Notes under the pieces: generated by a model
Databases searched by the model: none
What the model was told of the DNA's origin: nothing
The model's input: the letters and a program-made list of their open reading frames with translations, nothing else
In this document: positions 27,083-39,301 of the stretch, in pieces
Layout: each line of letters starts with the position of its first letter
Numbering within the stretch: the first letter of the stretch is position 1
Assembly: GCA_943367595.1 (NCBI GenBank)
Contig: CALRJS020000011.1
Coordinates: forward strand, 19,274-83,273
Length of the DNA: 64,000 nucleotides
Origin: Sphingobacterium thalpophilum
Lineage (GTDB): Bacteria > Cyanobacteriota > Cyanobacteriia > PCC-6307 > Cyanobiaceae
Direction: 5' to 3'
Made by a program: the position numbers and the translations under genes

Positions 27083-28237
27083 TCAGCCCTCCAGAGGAAT
27101 CAGGCCCGGGCGCGCCGACAGCGGCTCCAGCGGCCCGCGCAGCAGAAAGCGGCCCTGCCGCAGCAGCTCGACCAGGCAGGCGCCGATCTCCCGGGCCAGG
27201 CGGGGGCTGTGGGCTGGAGCGCAGGGGATGCGGCGACCATCCACCTGGATCTTGCCCGCCAGCAACTGGCTGTAGGGCACGAAACCGAACCCGGGGCGGA
27301 TGCGGCGCGGGATCGAGAAATCGAGCACAGGCGCTTCCAGCTGGTCGTCGCGGATCGACGCCTGACGGGCCACGGTGAGATTGAGCAGGGGCACGGGAAC
27401 GGCGATCGGCACCATCAGGGCACTGCCGTGCCCTTCGAAGAAGCAGGCGCGGATCCAGTCGGGCCGCAGCCCATGCAGATCGACGCTCACGGCCGCGACC
27501 GCCCCGGGAGTGCGGGCATGCCCGCTGGGCAGCCGCCGCGTGCCGGGCTGGTGCCCATGGCCGGCCCCGATCACCCAGCCCACCGCCCCGGCCACCAGCA
27601 CGGGCGAGCCCGGACCGAGCCAGGCCAGTGAGGGCATGGTGAGCCCGATGCTGCTGCTGCCCGAGCTGCTGTAGAGGGCGTTGCCATAGGGACCGAGCAG
27701 AGGGCCATAAGGGCTGCGCACCACTCCCTCGGCGCTGCTCACCGCCACCACACCGTTTTCGGCGATGGCGCGGTGCAGGAGCAGGCGTGCGCCGCCCAGG
27801 CGCTCCAGTGACAGGCGGCCCCGGTATTCGCGGCGCGGGTGGGAGGCGGTGGCCTCACCGGTGAGTGTCAGCTCCAGTTCAAGGCCGGCCAGCAGGGCAT
27901 CCAGCACCTGGGCGCCCCCCTGGCGCAGCGGTTCGCCCAGCCCGCCGCCGATCGGCAGACACAGACCTGCGGTGCCACCCGCCCCCTGGGCGAGCACCCC
28001 GTCGAGCCGGGCCTCACGGATGCGCAGAGGCGGATCCACCGGCCCGAGACTGAGCTGCAAGGTGGCCTGATCGGTGAACTCCGCATTGGCGGCCACCACC
28101 ACGTCGGTGGCGGCGTAGGCCGCTTCCAGGCCGCCTGCCGCCACCAACGCCCTGAAATCGGCGGCAGCAAGCACGCGCAGATCGCCGCTGCGCTGGCGCT
28201 GCTGGAGATCGGCTTCGCTGCGGGGAGCCAGGGACAT
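27083..28237 (-). CDS. COG1900/DUF39-family protein (homocysteine-biosynthesis-type domain)
   Basis: 384 aa. Blocks DVVVAANAEFTDQ, GGAQVLDALLAGLELELTLTG, PGSPVLVAGAVGWVIGAGHGHQ, GSALMVPIAVPVPLLN and SPRLAREIGACLVELLRQGRFLL line up with my recollection of the archaeal COG1900 domain. Confidence 0.75.
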   Translation of the reverse strand: MSLAPRSEADLQQRQRSGDLRVLAAADFRALVAAGGLEAAYAATDVVVAANAEFTDQATLQLSLGPVDPPLRIREARLDGVLAQGAGGTAGLCLPIGGGLGEPLRQGGAQVLDALLAGLELELTLTGEATASHPRREYRGRLSLERLGGARLLLHRAIAENGVVAVSSAEGVVRSPYGPLLGPYGNALYSSSGSSSIGLTMPSLAWLGPGSPVLVAGAVGWVIGAGHGHQPGTRRLPSGHARTPGAVAAVSVDLHGLRPDWIRACFFEGHGSALMVPIAVPVPLLNLTVARQASIRDDQLEAPVLDFSIPRRIRPGFGFVPYSQLLAGKIQVDGRRIPCAPAHSPRLAREIGACLVELLRQGRFLLRGPLEPLSARPGLIPLEG

Positions 28238-28333
28238 CGGCGGCCGGATCAGGGCTGAGGAGGGCGTCGGGAACCGGAACCGAACAAGGCGGCTGCGCCT
28301 CGATTAAAGTGGCTCACGGATAAGTGGTGAGAG

Positions 28334-31017
<2,684 letters not shown>

Positions 31018-31021
<4 letters not shown>

Positions 31022-32247
31022 GCGCCGACGTCCTGCTGATCGGCTCCGGCCCGGCCGCTCTGGCCGTCGGCGCCGAACTGTGCCGCCAGGGGCTGGAGGT
31101 GGAGGCCTTGGCCGCCACCGATCCGCTCAGCCCCTGGCAGAACACCTACGGCATCTGGGGCCGTGAACTCGATGCCCTCGGCCTCGGCGATCTGCTCGGG
31201 CATCGCTGGTCGGATTGCGTGGCCGATTTCGGTGCGGGCCCCCTGGCCCTGCATCACGACTACGGCCTCTTCGATCGCCAGCGGCTGCAGCGGCACTGGC
31301 TCGAGGCCTGCGCCGGGCAGCTCCGCTGGCATCGCGGCCAGGCGGCGGCCATCCGCCACGAGTCCCACAGCTCGGTGGTCACCACCGCCGAGGGCACCAG
31401 CCTGACGGCCCGGCTGGTGGTGGATGCCAGTGGCCATGCGCCGGTGTTCGTTCGTCGCCCCGAGCGCGGCCCGGTCGCCCAGCAGGCCGCCTTCGGCCTC
31501 GTGGGCCGCTTCTCCGCCGACCCTGTGGCGGAAGGGCAGTTCGTGCTGATGGATTACCGCAACGATCACCTCAGTGCCGAGGAGCGGCTCGAGCCGCCCA
31601 CCTTCCTCTACGCGATGGATCTGGGGCAGGGGGAGTTCTTCGTGGAGGAAACCTCCCTCGCCCTCGCCCCGCCGCTCTCGTTCGGCCTGCTGGAGCGGCG
31701 TCTGCACCAACGGCTTGCCCACCGGGGCATCCGGGTGGAGCAGGTGCGGGAAACGGAGCGTTGCCTGTTCCCGATGACTCTGCCGCTGCCGGATCTGACC
31801 CAGCAGGTGGTGGGTTTCGGTGGGGCCGCCAGCATGGTGCACCCCGCCTCGGGCTACATGGTGGGCGGGCTGCTGCGCCGCGCCCCCGGCCTGGCGGCCG
31901 CGATTGCCGCCGGCCTGGCCAACCAGACCACCACCTCACGCGAAGTGGCGCAGCAGGCCTGGCAGATACTCTGGTCGGCCGAGCTGGTGCGCAAGCAGGC
32001 GATCTACCGTTTCGGGCTCGAAAAGCTGATGCGCTTCTCGCACGCGGAGCTCTGCCACTTCTTCGACACCTTCTTCCATCTGCCCCAGCCGCAGTGGACC
32101 GGCTTTCTGGCCAACACCCTCACCGTGCCGCAGCTGGTGCAGGCGATGCTGGGCCTGTTCGGGCAGGCCCCCAGCGATGTTCGGCTCGGGCTGATGCTGC
32201 CGCAGGGCAAGGAGCTGGCCCTGGCTTGGCGGGCGCTGGCGGGCTGA
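31018..32247 (+). CDS. crtL: Lycopene cyclase (CrtL type, FAD-dependent)
   Basis: [22 protein letters not shown] dinucleotide-binding fold, then [17 protein letters not shown] and [16 protein letters not shown]. The Rossmann motif (31027-31065) lies upstream of the first canonical start (GTG 31099). The 5' end is provisionally set at CTG 31018. Confidence 0.85.
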
Positions 32248-32338
32248 ACCTTCCGGGCTGAAGTTTCCGGCCTGAAACGTCCGGGCTGAAACTTCCGTGC
32301 CGAGAATTACAGGCTGAGCCTGCTGGGCTGATGCCCCG
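32241..32338. repeat. Seven tandem 14-bp units GGGCTGAAnnTTCC beginning on the crtL stop codon
   Basis: gggctgaaccttcc / gggctgaagtttcc / ggcctgaaacgtcc / gggctgaaacttcc / gtgccgagaattac / aggctgagcctgct / gggctgatgccccg. TGA occurs at 32245 (the crtL stop), 32259, 32273, 32287, 32315 and 32329. Confidence 0.9.
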
Positions 32339-32383
32339 CGCTGTCAGGCCTGAGTGAATCGTTCCAGGCAAACCCTGACCGGT

Positions 32384-32836
32384 TCAGCGGAACACCAGCA
32401 CCGGCTGCTTGGCCTGGGCGAGCACACGCTGCGTCTGGCTGCCGATCAGCAGCCCGGTGAGGCCGCGCCGCCCATGCGAGGCCATGAAGATCAGGTCGCA
32501 GCCGTGGCGGTCCGCCGCCGCCAGGATCGCCTCCGACGGCGAGTCGTTGACCACGCTTTCGCTCGCCGCCTCCACACCGGCCTCTGCGGCGAGGCTCATC
32601 ACTTCCGCTAAGGCCCGCTGGGAAGCCTCCTTGCCCACGTCCTCGATCTCCTGCAGGGTGCTGGGCTGGATCCATTCACCGGCGCCGTAGGTGAGCCCCA
32701 GCGGCGCATTGGCCCGCACATTGAGGACGGTGAGGCGGGCTCCGGCCTCACGGGCGAAACGGCAGGCGGCAGCAGCGGCGGCCAGCGAAAGCTGGGAGCC
32801 GTCGGTGGGAACGAGCAGATGCTGAAACATGGCCAA
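32384..32836 (-). CDS. Universal stress protein (UspA family)
   Basis: FQHLLVPTDGS, CDLIFMASHGRRGLTGLLIGSQTQRVL. 150 aa. Confidence 0.9.
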   Translation of the reverse strand: MAMFQHLLVPTDGSQLSLAAAAAACRFAREAGARLTVLNVRANAPLGLTYGAGEWIQPSTLQEIEDVGKEASQRALAEVMSLAAEAGVEAASESVVNDSPSEAILAAADRHGCDLIFMASHGRRGLTGLLIGSQTQRVLAQAKQPVLVFR

Positions 32837-32892
32837 ACTCCACGGAGAGCGGAACGGCTCCGCTCTGATTCGAGCACGGGCTGTGGGCCCCG

Positions 32893-34470
32893 CTAACGCG
32901 GCGGCCGCGTGGCCCAGTCGGCGGCGTTGATGAGCGGAAACAGCGGGTCTTCCCGTTCCACCGCCGCCAGCCAGCCGCCGGGGGGATCGTTGCCGCTGTC
33001 GATCGCCGCCAGCAGACGCCAGAAGCGATCAAGGTGCGTGCGGATCCGTTCCTTCGCCAGTTCGGTGGTGGTGCCGGCCCTGAGAATGAAGCTCCAGTCG
33101 GAGGATTGGGCCAGCAGCAGCTCACGGCCCGCCTGGTTGAGGCGCTGAAGCTGGGCGGCACTGCCCACCCCCCGGTTCACCCGCTCCACCATGGCCGCCG
33201 AGGCCCGGTTCCACTCGGGCACCACCCAGGCATTGCTTTCGTTGAGCCAGTAGTGGTGATACCCCCCCTGGCCCCAGCTGGAGGGGGAGGGGCGGCAGAT
33301 CTGCAGCCCGTCCCCGCGGCGCAGCACATCGCGCAGGGTGGTGAAACCGACGCCGAGGGCGGGCGCCTGCAGGAACAGCTGGGCCAGGAAGCGGGGGCCC
33401 TCGTACCACCAGTGGCCGAACAGCTCCGCATCGAAGGGGGCCACCAGCAGCGGTGGCCGGTCCATGGCGCTGCTCAGATGGTCGAGCTCGCCGGCGCGCC
33501 CGCGCAGATAGGTGGCGGCGTGCTCATCGGCCCGCTGCTCGGCCGGCCCCGGCAGGTAGGGCAACTTCCGCTCCAGCGGCGTGCCCCTGGCGGACACCCG
33601 GTGCAGCTTGAGACCGAGCGGGCGGGGGGTCTCGATGCCCACCGCGGTGAGGGCTTCGCTGGAGAGATCCCAGCCCAGATCCCGGTGGAATTCCCGGTAG
33701 GCGCCATCGCCTGGGTACCCCTCCGAGGCCGACCACACCGGCAGGGTGGAAGCCCCATCACGGGCGAAGAAAGCCACCCCGGCGGGCGAACAGATCGGGG
33801 CGTACACGCCGTAGCGCGGGCGGGGCAGGGCGTGCAGCAGCCCATGGGCATCCAGCACCGCGTAGCGCAGACCGCAGGCCACCAGCTGCTGATCGAGCCC
33901 TTCGAAGTAGGCGCACTCCGGCAGCCAGATCCCCTGCGGACGGGCGCCCAGCAGACGCTCATGTTCCCGGATGGCGGTGAGCAGCTGGGCTCGCACCGCC
34001 TCGGGGGTGGCCCGCAGCAGCGGCAGGTAGCCGTGGGTGGCGGCACAGGTGAGCAGGTCGACCACGCCCAGCTGCCAGAGCCGCTGGAAACGGGCCAGCA
34101 GATCACCGCCGCAGGCCTGCCACTGCTGGCGGGTGTGGGTGAGCCGGGCCTCCAGCGCCTCGGCCGCCTCCAGGTGCGGGGGCATCGCCAGGGGCAACAG
34201 CGCCAGGCGTTGATCGAGCCAGGCCGGAAAACGGGCCTGCAGATCAGCCGCGCTCAGCAGCGACAGAAGCGTGGGGGAAAGGCCGAGGGTGAGACGGGGC
34301 GCCTGGGCGGGATCCTCAGCAGCGGCTTCGAGCAACTCGAGCAGCGGCAGGTAGCTCTCCAGCAGCGCCTGGAAGAACCAGTCTTCCTCCAGCGAGCCGG
34401 GCTGGCTGCTGCGGACGTATGGGAGGTGGGCATGGAGGACCAGGGCCAGTTCGCCTGTGGCCATTGCCAT
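32893..34470 (-). CDS. Glycoside hydrolase family 57 protein (alpha-glucan branching-enzyme type, DUF1957 C-terminus)
   Basis: LALVLHAHLPYVR, HGYLPLL, WLPECAY, APFDAELFGHWWYEG. 525 aa. Confidence 0.9.
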   Translation of the reverse strand: MAMATGELALVLHAHLPYVRSSQPGSLEEDWFFQALLESYLPLLELLEAAAEDPAQAPRLTLGLSPTLLSLLSAADLQARFPAWLDQRLALLPLAMPPHLEAAEALEARLTHTRQQWQACGGDLLARFQRLWQLGVVDLLTCAATHGYLPLLRATPEAVRAQLLTAIREHERLLGARPQGIWLPECAYFEGLDQQLVACGLRYAVLDAHGLLHALPRPRYGVYAPICSPAGVAFFARDGASTLPVWSASEGYPGDGAYREFHRDLGWDLSSEALTAVGIETPRPLGLKLHRVSARGTPLERKLPYLPGPAEQRADEHAATYLRGRAGELDHLSSAMDRPPLLVAPFDAELFGHWWYEGPRFLAQLFLQAPALGVGFTTLRDVLRRGDGLQICRPSPSSWGQGGYHHYWLNESNAWVVPEWNRASAAMVERVNRGVGSAAQLQRLNQAGRELLLAQSSDWSFILRAGTTTELAKERIRTHLDRFWRLLAAIDSGNDPPGGWLAAVEREDPLFPLINAADWATRPPR

Positions 34471-34650
34471 TCCAGCCGGTCACGGGAGTGTACGGGGACG
34501 GTTCCACCACGGCGCCCTCCGCCACGAGCTTCGCCATGAAAATGGTCAGCGGCGCGGCCGGAGCCGGGCACCGAGGAGGGGCCCGGGATGTTCGGAGGGA
34601 CACAGCTGGCAGAGCGTGGTCCCTACAGTTTTTGTTTAACGAAACGAGTG

Positions 34651-35286
34651 ATGCGTCGCTGTCTGGCAGTTGACGGGCACGGCATGTTCTACGCCCAGCA
34701 GAAGCTCGGCTGGTTCTTCGATCCACGCCGCCTGCTGGAGCTGGCAGCGGAAGGCGTCACGGATCTGGGCAGCGCCTTCTGGTACACAGGGCTGAAGGAT
34801 CCCACCGACCAGCGCCCCTTCCGGGACGCTCTCACCAGCCTGGGCTTCACCGTGCGCACCAAACCGCTGCGGGAGTTCGGCAGCGACCCCGACCAGCGGC
34901 AGTTCGCCCGCGCCAATCTTGATGTGGAGATCTGCCTCGACCTGATGGCCGTGGCCCACCGCACCGATGAGCTGTGGCTGATGAGCGGCAGCCGCGACCT
35001 CGAACGGCTGGTTGAGATGCTCCGCACCCAAGGCCTGAAGATCACCTTGATCAACGCCGATGGCATGGTGCCGCGCGAGCTGCGCAATGCGGTGGATCGC
35101 TTCATCGACCTGGGCAAGCTCAAGCCCCAGCTCGAGAAGATGGAAGCCGTCCAGGCACCGGTGTTCCAGCGCAGCATCCCGGAGGGTTCGCCGCGATCGG
35201 AACCGGTGCGCCACCAGGTGATCCGCCCGGATCCGGCCTCTCTTGAGGCCTCACCCCGGGAAGTGGTGATCGGACCCTCGGTCTAG
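34651..35286 (+). CDS. NYN-domain (LabA/DUF88-like) protein
   Basis: [16 protein letters not shown]..., [36 protein letters not shown]. Start taken at ATG 34654 / GTG 34651 inside the 232-aa track ORF. Confidence 0.85.
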   Translation: MRRCLAVDGHGMFYAQQKLGWFFDPRRLLELAAEGVTDLGSAFWYTGLKDPTDQRPFRDALTSLGFTVRTKPLREFGSDPDQRQFARANLDVEICLDLMAVAHRTDELWLMSGSRDLERLVEMLRTQGLKITLINADGMVPRELRNAVDRFIDLGKLKPQLEKMEAVQAPVFQRSIPEGSPRSEPVRHQVIRPDPASLEASPREVVIGPSV

Positions 35287-35326
35287 GATCCCCTCTAACA
35301 CGTACTCACTTCGACCTGCAGCGGCC

Positions 35327-36949
35327 ATGGCCAAGGATCCCGGCCGGGTTCTGATCTTTGACACCACCCTGCGGGATGGTGAGCAATCGCCGGGGGCCAG
35401 CCTCAACCTTGAGGAAAAGGTGGCCATCGCCCAGCAGTTGGCACGCCTGCGGGTCGACATCATCGAAGCGGGCTTCCCCTTCGCCAGCACGGGCGATTTC
35501 AACGCCGTGCACCGCATCGCCGAAACCGTCGGCACCGCCGACGGCCCGGTGATCTGCGGGCTGGCCCGGGCCACGCGCGGCGACATCAAGGCCTGCGCCG
35601 ATGCGGTGGCGCCGGCGGCGCGGCGGCGCATCCACACCTTCATCGCCACCAGCGACATCCACCTCGAGCACAAGCTGCGCAAAAGCCGGCCCGAGGTGGT
35701 GGAGATCGCCGCCGAGATGGTGGCCTACGCCCGCTCCCTGGTGGAGGACGTGGAGTTCTCCTGCGAGGACGCCGGCCGCAGCGACCCGGAATTCCTCTAC
35801 GAAGTGATCGAGGCCGCCATCGCCGCCGGGGCCACCACGATCAACATCCCCGACACCGTGGGCTACGCCACTCCGGCGGAATTCGGTGCCCTGATCGCCG
35901 GCATTGATCGCCACGTGCCCAACATCGCTCAGGCGGTGATCTCCGTGCACGGCCACAACGACCTGGGCCTGGCGGTGGCCAATTTCCTTGAGGCGGTCAA
36001 GAACGGCGCTCGCCAGCTCGAATGCACGATCAACGGCATCGGTGAACGGGCAGGCAATGCCTCACTCGAGGAGCTGGTGATGGCGCTGCATGTGCGTCGC
36101 GCCTACTTCAACCCCTTCCTCGGCCACGACCCCGCCAGCACCGAGCCGCTCACGGGCGTGCGCACCGAGGAGATCGCCAAGACCTCCCGGCTGGTGTCCA
36201 ACCTCACCGGCATGGCGGTGCAACCCAACAAGGCGATCGTGGGGGCCAACGCCTTCGCCCACGAGTCCGGCATCCACCAGGACGGCGTGCTCAAGAACCG
36301 CCTCACCTACGAAATCATCGACGCCCGCACGATCGGTCTGAGCAGCACCCGGCTGTCGCTCGGCAAGCTGAGCGGCCGCAGTGCCTTCCGCGCCCGGCTG
36401 GAGGAGCTCGGCTACGGCCTCGAGCGCGAAGACCTCGACGACGCCTTCGCCCGCTTCAAGGAGCTGGCCGACCGCAAGCGCGAGATCACCGACCGGGATC
36501 TGGAGGCGATCGTCAGCGAGCAGGCCCAGCAGCCCGACGCCCAGTACACGTTGAAGCTGGTGCAGGTGAGCACCGGCACCAACCTGCAGCCCACCGCCAC
36601 GGTCACCCTGGTGACGGCCGATGGCGCCGAGCTCACCGGCGCCGCCATCGGCACCGGCCCGGTGGACGCGGTCTGCCAGGCGCTCAATGCGCTGGCGCGC
36701 GTCCCCAATGAGCTGGTGGAGTTCAGCGTCAAGTCGGTCACCGAGGGCATCGATGCGATGGGGGAGGTCACCATCCGGCTGCGCCACCAGGGGGTGCTCT
36801 ACTCCGGCCACGCCGCCGACACCGACATCGTGGTGGCCGCCGCCCAGGCCTTCATCCACGCGCTCAACCGGCTTGTGCAGGGCACCGAACGGCTGCCTCT
36901 TCACCCCCAGCGCGCGCCGCTGCCGGTGGCGGAACGCCCCCGCCTGTGA
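35327..36949 (+). CDS. leuA: 2-isopropylmalate synthase
   Basis: [37 protein letters not shown], and the C-terminal LeuA dimerisation/regulatory domain. 540 aa. Confidence 0.97.
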   Translation: MAKDPGRVLIFDTTLRDGEQSPGASLNLEEKVAIAQQLARLRVDIIEAGFPFASTGDFNAVHRIAETVGTADGPVICGLARATRGDIKACADAVAPAARRRIHTFIATSDIHLEHKLRKSRPEVVEIAAEMVAYARSLVEDVEFSCEDAGRSDPEFLYEVIEAAIAAGATTINIPDTVGYATPAEFGALIAGIDRHVPNIAQAVISVHGHNDLGLAVANFLEAVKNGARQLECTINGIGERAGNASLEELVMALHVRRAYFNPFLGHDPASTEPLTGVRTEEIAKTSRLVSNLTGMAVQPNKAIVGANAFAHESGIHQDGVLKNRLTYEIIDARTIGLSSTRLSLGKLSGRSAFRARLEELGYGLEREDLDDAFARFKELADRKREITDRDLEAIVSEQAQQPDAQYTLKLVQVSTGTNLQPTATVTLVTADGAELTGAAIGTGPVDAVCQALNALARVPNELVEFSVKSVTEGIDAMGEVTIRLRHQGVLYSGHAADTDIVVAAAQAFIHALNRLVQGTERLPLHPQRAPLPVAERPRL

Positions 36950-37809
36950 GCCGCTCCCCCCGCAGGCTGCAGCCCCAGCGGAGCACGGGGCTGCCGTGGC
37001 TGCCGGCCCTGCAGCTGGGATTGCTGCTGCTGGTGGCCCTGATGGTGCTGGTGCCCCTGCTGTGGCTGGTCAGCACGTCCTTGAAGGGCCCGGCAGAAGA
37101 CATCTTCGCCTCGCCGCCGTCATTGTTTCCAGCGCAGCCCAGCCTGGCGGCCTATGGGCGGCTGTTCGCCGAACATCCCCTGGGCCTCTACCTGTTCAAC
37201 AGCACGGTGGTGAGCCTGCTGGCAGTGGTGGGCAACCTGCTGTTCTGCTCCCTGGCGGCCTACCCGCTGGCGCGGGTGCGCTTCGCCGGCCGTGGCCTGG
37301 TGCTGGCGCTGGTGGTGGCCACGATCCTGATTCCGTTCCAGGTGGTGATGATTCCGCTCTACCTGTTGATGGTGCAGCTGGGCCTGCGCAACACTCTGCT
37401 GGCCTTGATCATTCCCCAGGCCGCCACCGCCTTCGGCATCTTTCTGCTGCGGCAAAGCTTCATCGGGGTGCCCGTGGAGCTGGAAGAGGCTGCCCGCATC
37501 GACGGCTGCACGCCGCTGGGTGAATGGTGGAACGTGATGATTCCCGCGGCGCGGGCCGATCTGATCACCCTGGCGATGTTCGTGTTCATCGGCACCTGGA
37601 GTGATTTTCTCTGGCCCTTGATCATTCTGGATGATCCGAATCTCTATACACTTCCGCTCGGATTGCAGCAGCTTGCCAGCAGCTTCTCCCTCGACTGGCG
37701 GCTTGTAGCTGCGGGCTCAGTGGTGTCGATCCTGCCGGTTCTGGTGTTGTTCATTGCGCTTCAGCGTTACATCCTGCCCAGCTCCAGCGGCGATGGCGTG
37801 AAGGGCTGA
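36946..37809 (+). CDS. Carbohydrate-type ABC transporter permease (MalG/UgpE class)
   Basis: Six hydrophobic segments and the EAA loop [27 protein letters not shown]. The start GTG overlaps the leuA stop (GTGA at 36946-36949). Confidence 0.9.
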   Translation: MSRSPRRLQPQRSTGLPWLPALQLGLLLLVALMVLVPLLWLVSTSLKGPAEDIFASPPSLFPAQPSLAAYGRLFAEHPLGLYLFNSTVVSLLAVVGNLLFCSLAAYPLARVRFAGRGLVLALVVATILIPFQVVMIPLYLLMVQLGLRNTLLALIIPQAATAFGIFLLRQSFIGVPVELEEAARIDGCTPLGEWWNVMIPAARADLITLAMFVFIGTWSDFLWPLIILDDPNLYTLPLGLQQLASSFSLDWRLVAAGSVVSILPVLVLFIALQRYILPSSSGDGVKG

Positions 37810-37934
37810 ATCCGGCGGTCGCTGGTTCTTCGCTCACGATTCGATCCCCCACCATCCCCGGTCGCCGGGATCCCGGCATCCAGGCCCAGACCTGTAGCCT
37901 GCCGGTGCGCCATTGATCGATCACGGGAACCGCG

Positions 37935-38942
37935 ATGCAGACCGGTCTGATTCTGCAGAATCTGCTCTCTCCGCCGGTTCTTTTCTTCGCTCTCGGGGTG
38001 ATTGCGGTGCTGGTGCGATCGGATCTGGAGATTCCCGCCCCCCTGCCCAAGCTCTTCTCGCTGTATCTGCTGTTGGCGATCGGCTTCAAAGGAGGGGTGG
38101 AGCTGCAACACAGTGGCCTGGGCGTGCAGGTGATCGCCACGATCGCCGCCGCTGTGGTGATGTCGGCCGTGGTGCCGCTCTACAGCTTCCTGGTGCTCAG
38201 GCGCCAGTTCGACGCCTCCAATGCGGCCGCTGTGGCCGCCACCTACGGCTCGATCAGCGCCGTCACCTTCATCACCGCCGAAACGTTTCTGGTGGTGTCT
38301 GACATCCCCCATGACGGCTTCATGGTGGCGGCCCTGGCGCTGATGGAATCACCCGCCATCATCGTGGGGTTGCTGTTGGTGAAGCTCACCAGTCATCAAC
38401 GCCACGCCGGCGGCATCGGCACGGGCGTGGCCTGGGGCAGCCTGCTGCATGAGGCGTTCCTGAACAGTTCGGTGCTGCTGTTGATCGGCAGCCTGGTGAT
38501 CGGCCTGCTGGTGGCGGCCTTCAACCCCTTGGGGGTGGAAACGATGGAGCCCTTCACCGGCAAGCTGTTTTACGGCGCCCTCAGCTTCTTTCTGCTCGAC
38601 ATGGGCATCGTGGCGGCGCAGCGGCTCGGCGATCTGCGGCGCGCCGGCAGCTATCTGATCGCCTTCGCCGTGCTGATGCCACTCTTCAATGCGGCGGTGG
38701 GTCTGCTGCTCTCCCGTTGGCTGGGCCTGCCCCAGGGCAATGCGCTGCTGTTCATGGTGCTGTGCGCCAGCGCCTCCTACATCGCCGTTCCCGCCGCCAT
38801 GCGGATGACGGTGCCGGAAGCGAACCCAAGCCTCTACATCTCCAGCGCACTGGGTGTCACCTTCCCCTTCAACATCGTCGTGGGTATTCCCCTTTACATG
38901 GCGGTGGTGCAGCGCTTCATCCCACTCGCGGTGCAGCCGTGA
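37935..38942 (+). CDS. Sodium-dependent bicarbonate transport family permease (SbtA-like, DUF897-type)
   Basis: MQTGLILQNLLSPPVLFFALGVIAVLVRSDLEIP...LLLAIGFKGGVEL, with an internal repeat of the same topology. 335 aa. No PII-like sbtB follows. Confidence 0.78.
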   Translation: MQTGLILQNLLSPPVLFFALGVIAVLVRSDLEIPAPLPKLFSLYLLLAIGFKGGVELQHSGLGVQVIATIAAAVVMSAVVPLYSFLVLRRQFDASNAAAVAATYGSISAVTFITAETFLVVSDIPHDGFMVAALALMESPAIIVGLLLVKLTSHQRHAGGIGTGVAWGSLLHEAFLNSSVLLLIGSLVIGLLVAAFNPLGVETMEPFTGKLFYGALSFFLLDMGIVAAQRLGDLRRAGSYLIAFAVLMPLFNAAVGLLLSRWLGLPQGNALLFMVLCASASYIAVPAAMRMTVPEANPSLYISSALGVTFPFNIVVGIPLYMAVVQRFIPLAVQP

Positions 38943-38948
38943 GGAGGC

Positions 38949-39290
38949 TCAGACAGGCGCACGGTGCAGGCAGCGCTCGCAGGGGCCCTCAGGCAAGACG
39001 GCGCAGCGCAGCAGCGGGGAGCGGGCATTGAAGCGGCAGCTGGGGTCGCCGATCACCCAGTGGTTGTTCCACCAGGTGGCATCCGCCGGTTGCCGTTGTG
39101 GTTTGACCTGCAGCGCCACCTCGGTGAGCTCGTAGCGGCCGTTGCGCAGCTGGTAGCGGTGGTGGCGTTGCAGCACCAGAAACGAACGATCCCCCCGCTC
39201 GATCCAACGGCCCGGCTGGGGCACCTCGCCCAGGTGGGCCACCTCGAAGCGTTCCAGCAACCGCTCGGTGCCGGCCTGGCGCAGATCCAC
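38949..39290 (-). CDS. Cys-containing conserved hypothetical protein (possibly DUF6464-like)
   Basis: 113 aa. HRYQLRNGRYELTEVALQV...GDPSCRFNARSPLLRCAVLPEGPCERC. It lies 11 bp downstream of terC-like on the same strand. Confidence 0.65.
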   Translation of the reverse strand: MDLRQAGTERLLERFEVAHLGEVPQPGRWIERGDRSFLVLQRHHRYQLRNGRYELTEVALQVKPQRQPADATWWNNHWVIGDPSCRFNARSPLLRCAVLPEGPCERCLHRAPV

Positions 39291-39301
39291 GTGCAGGGGC
39301 G

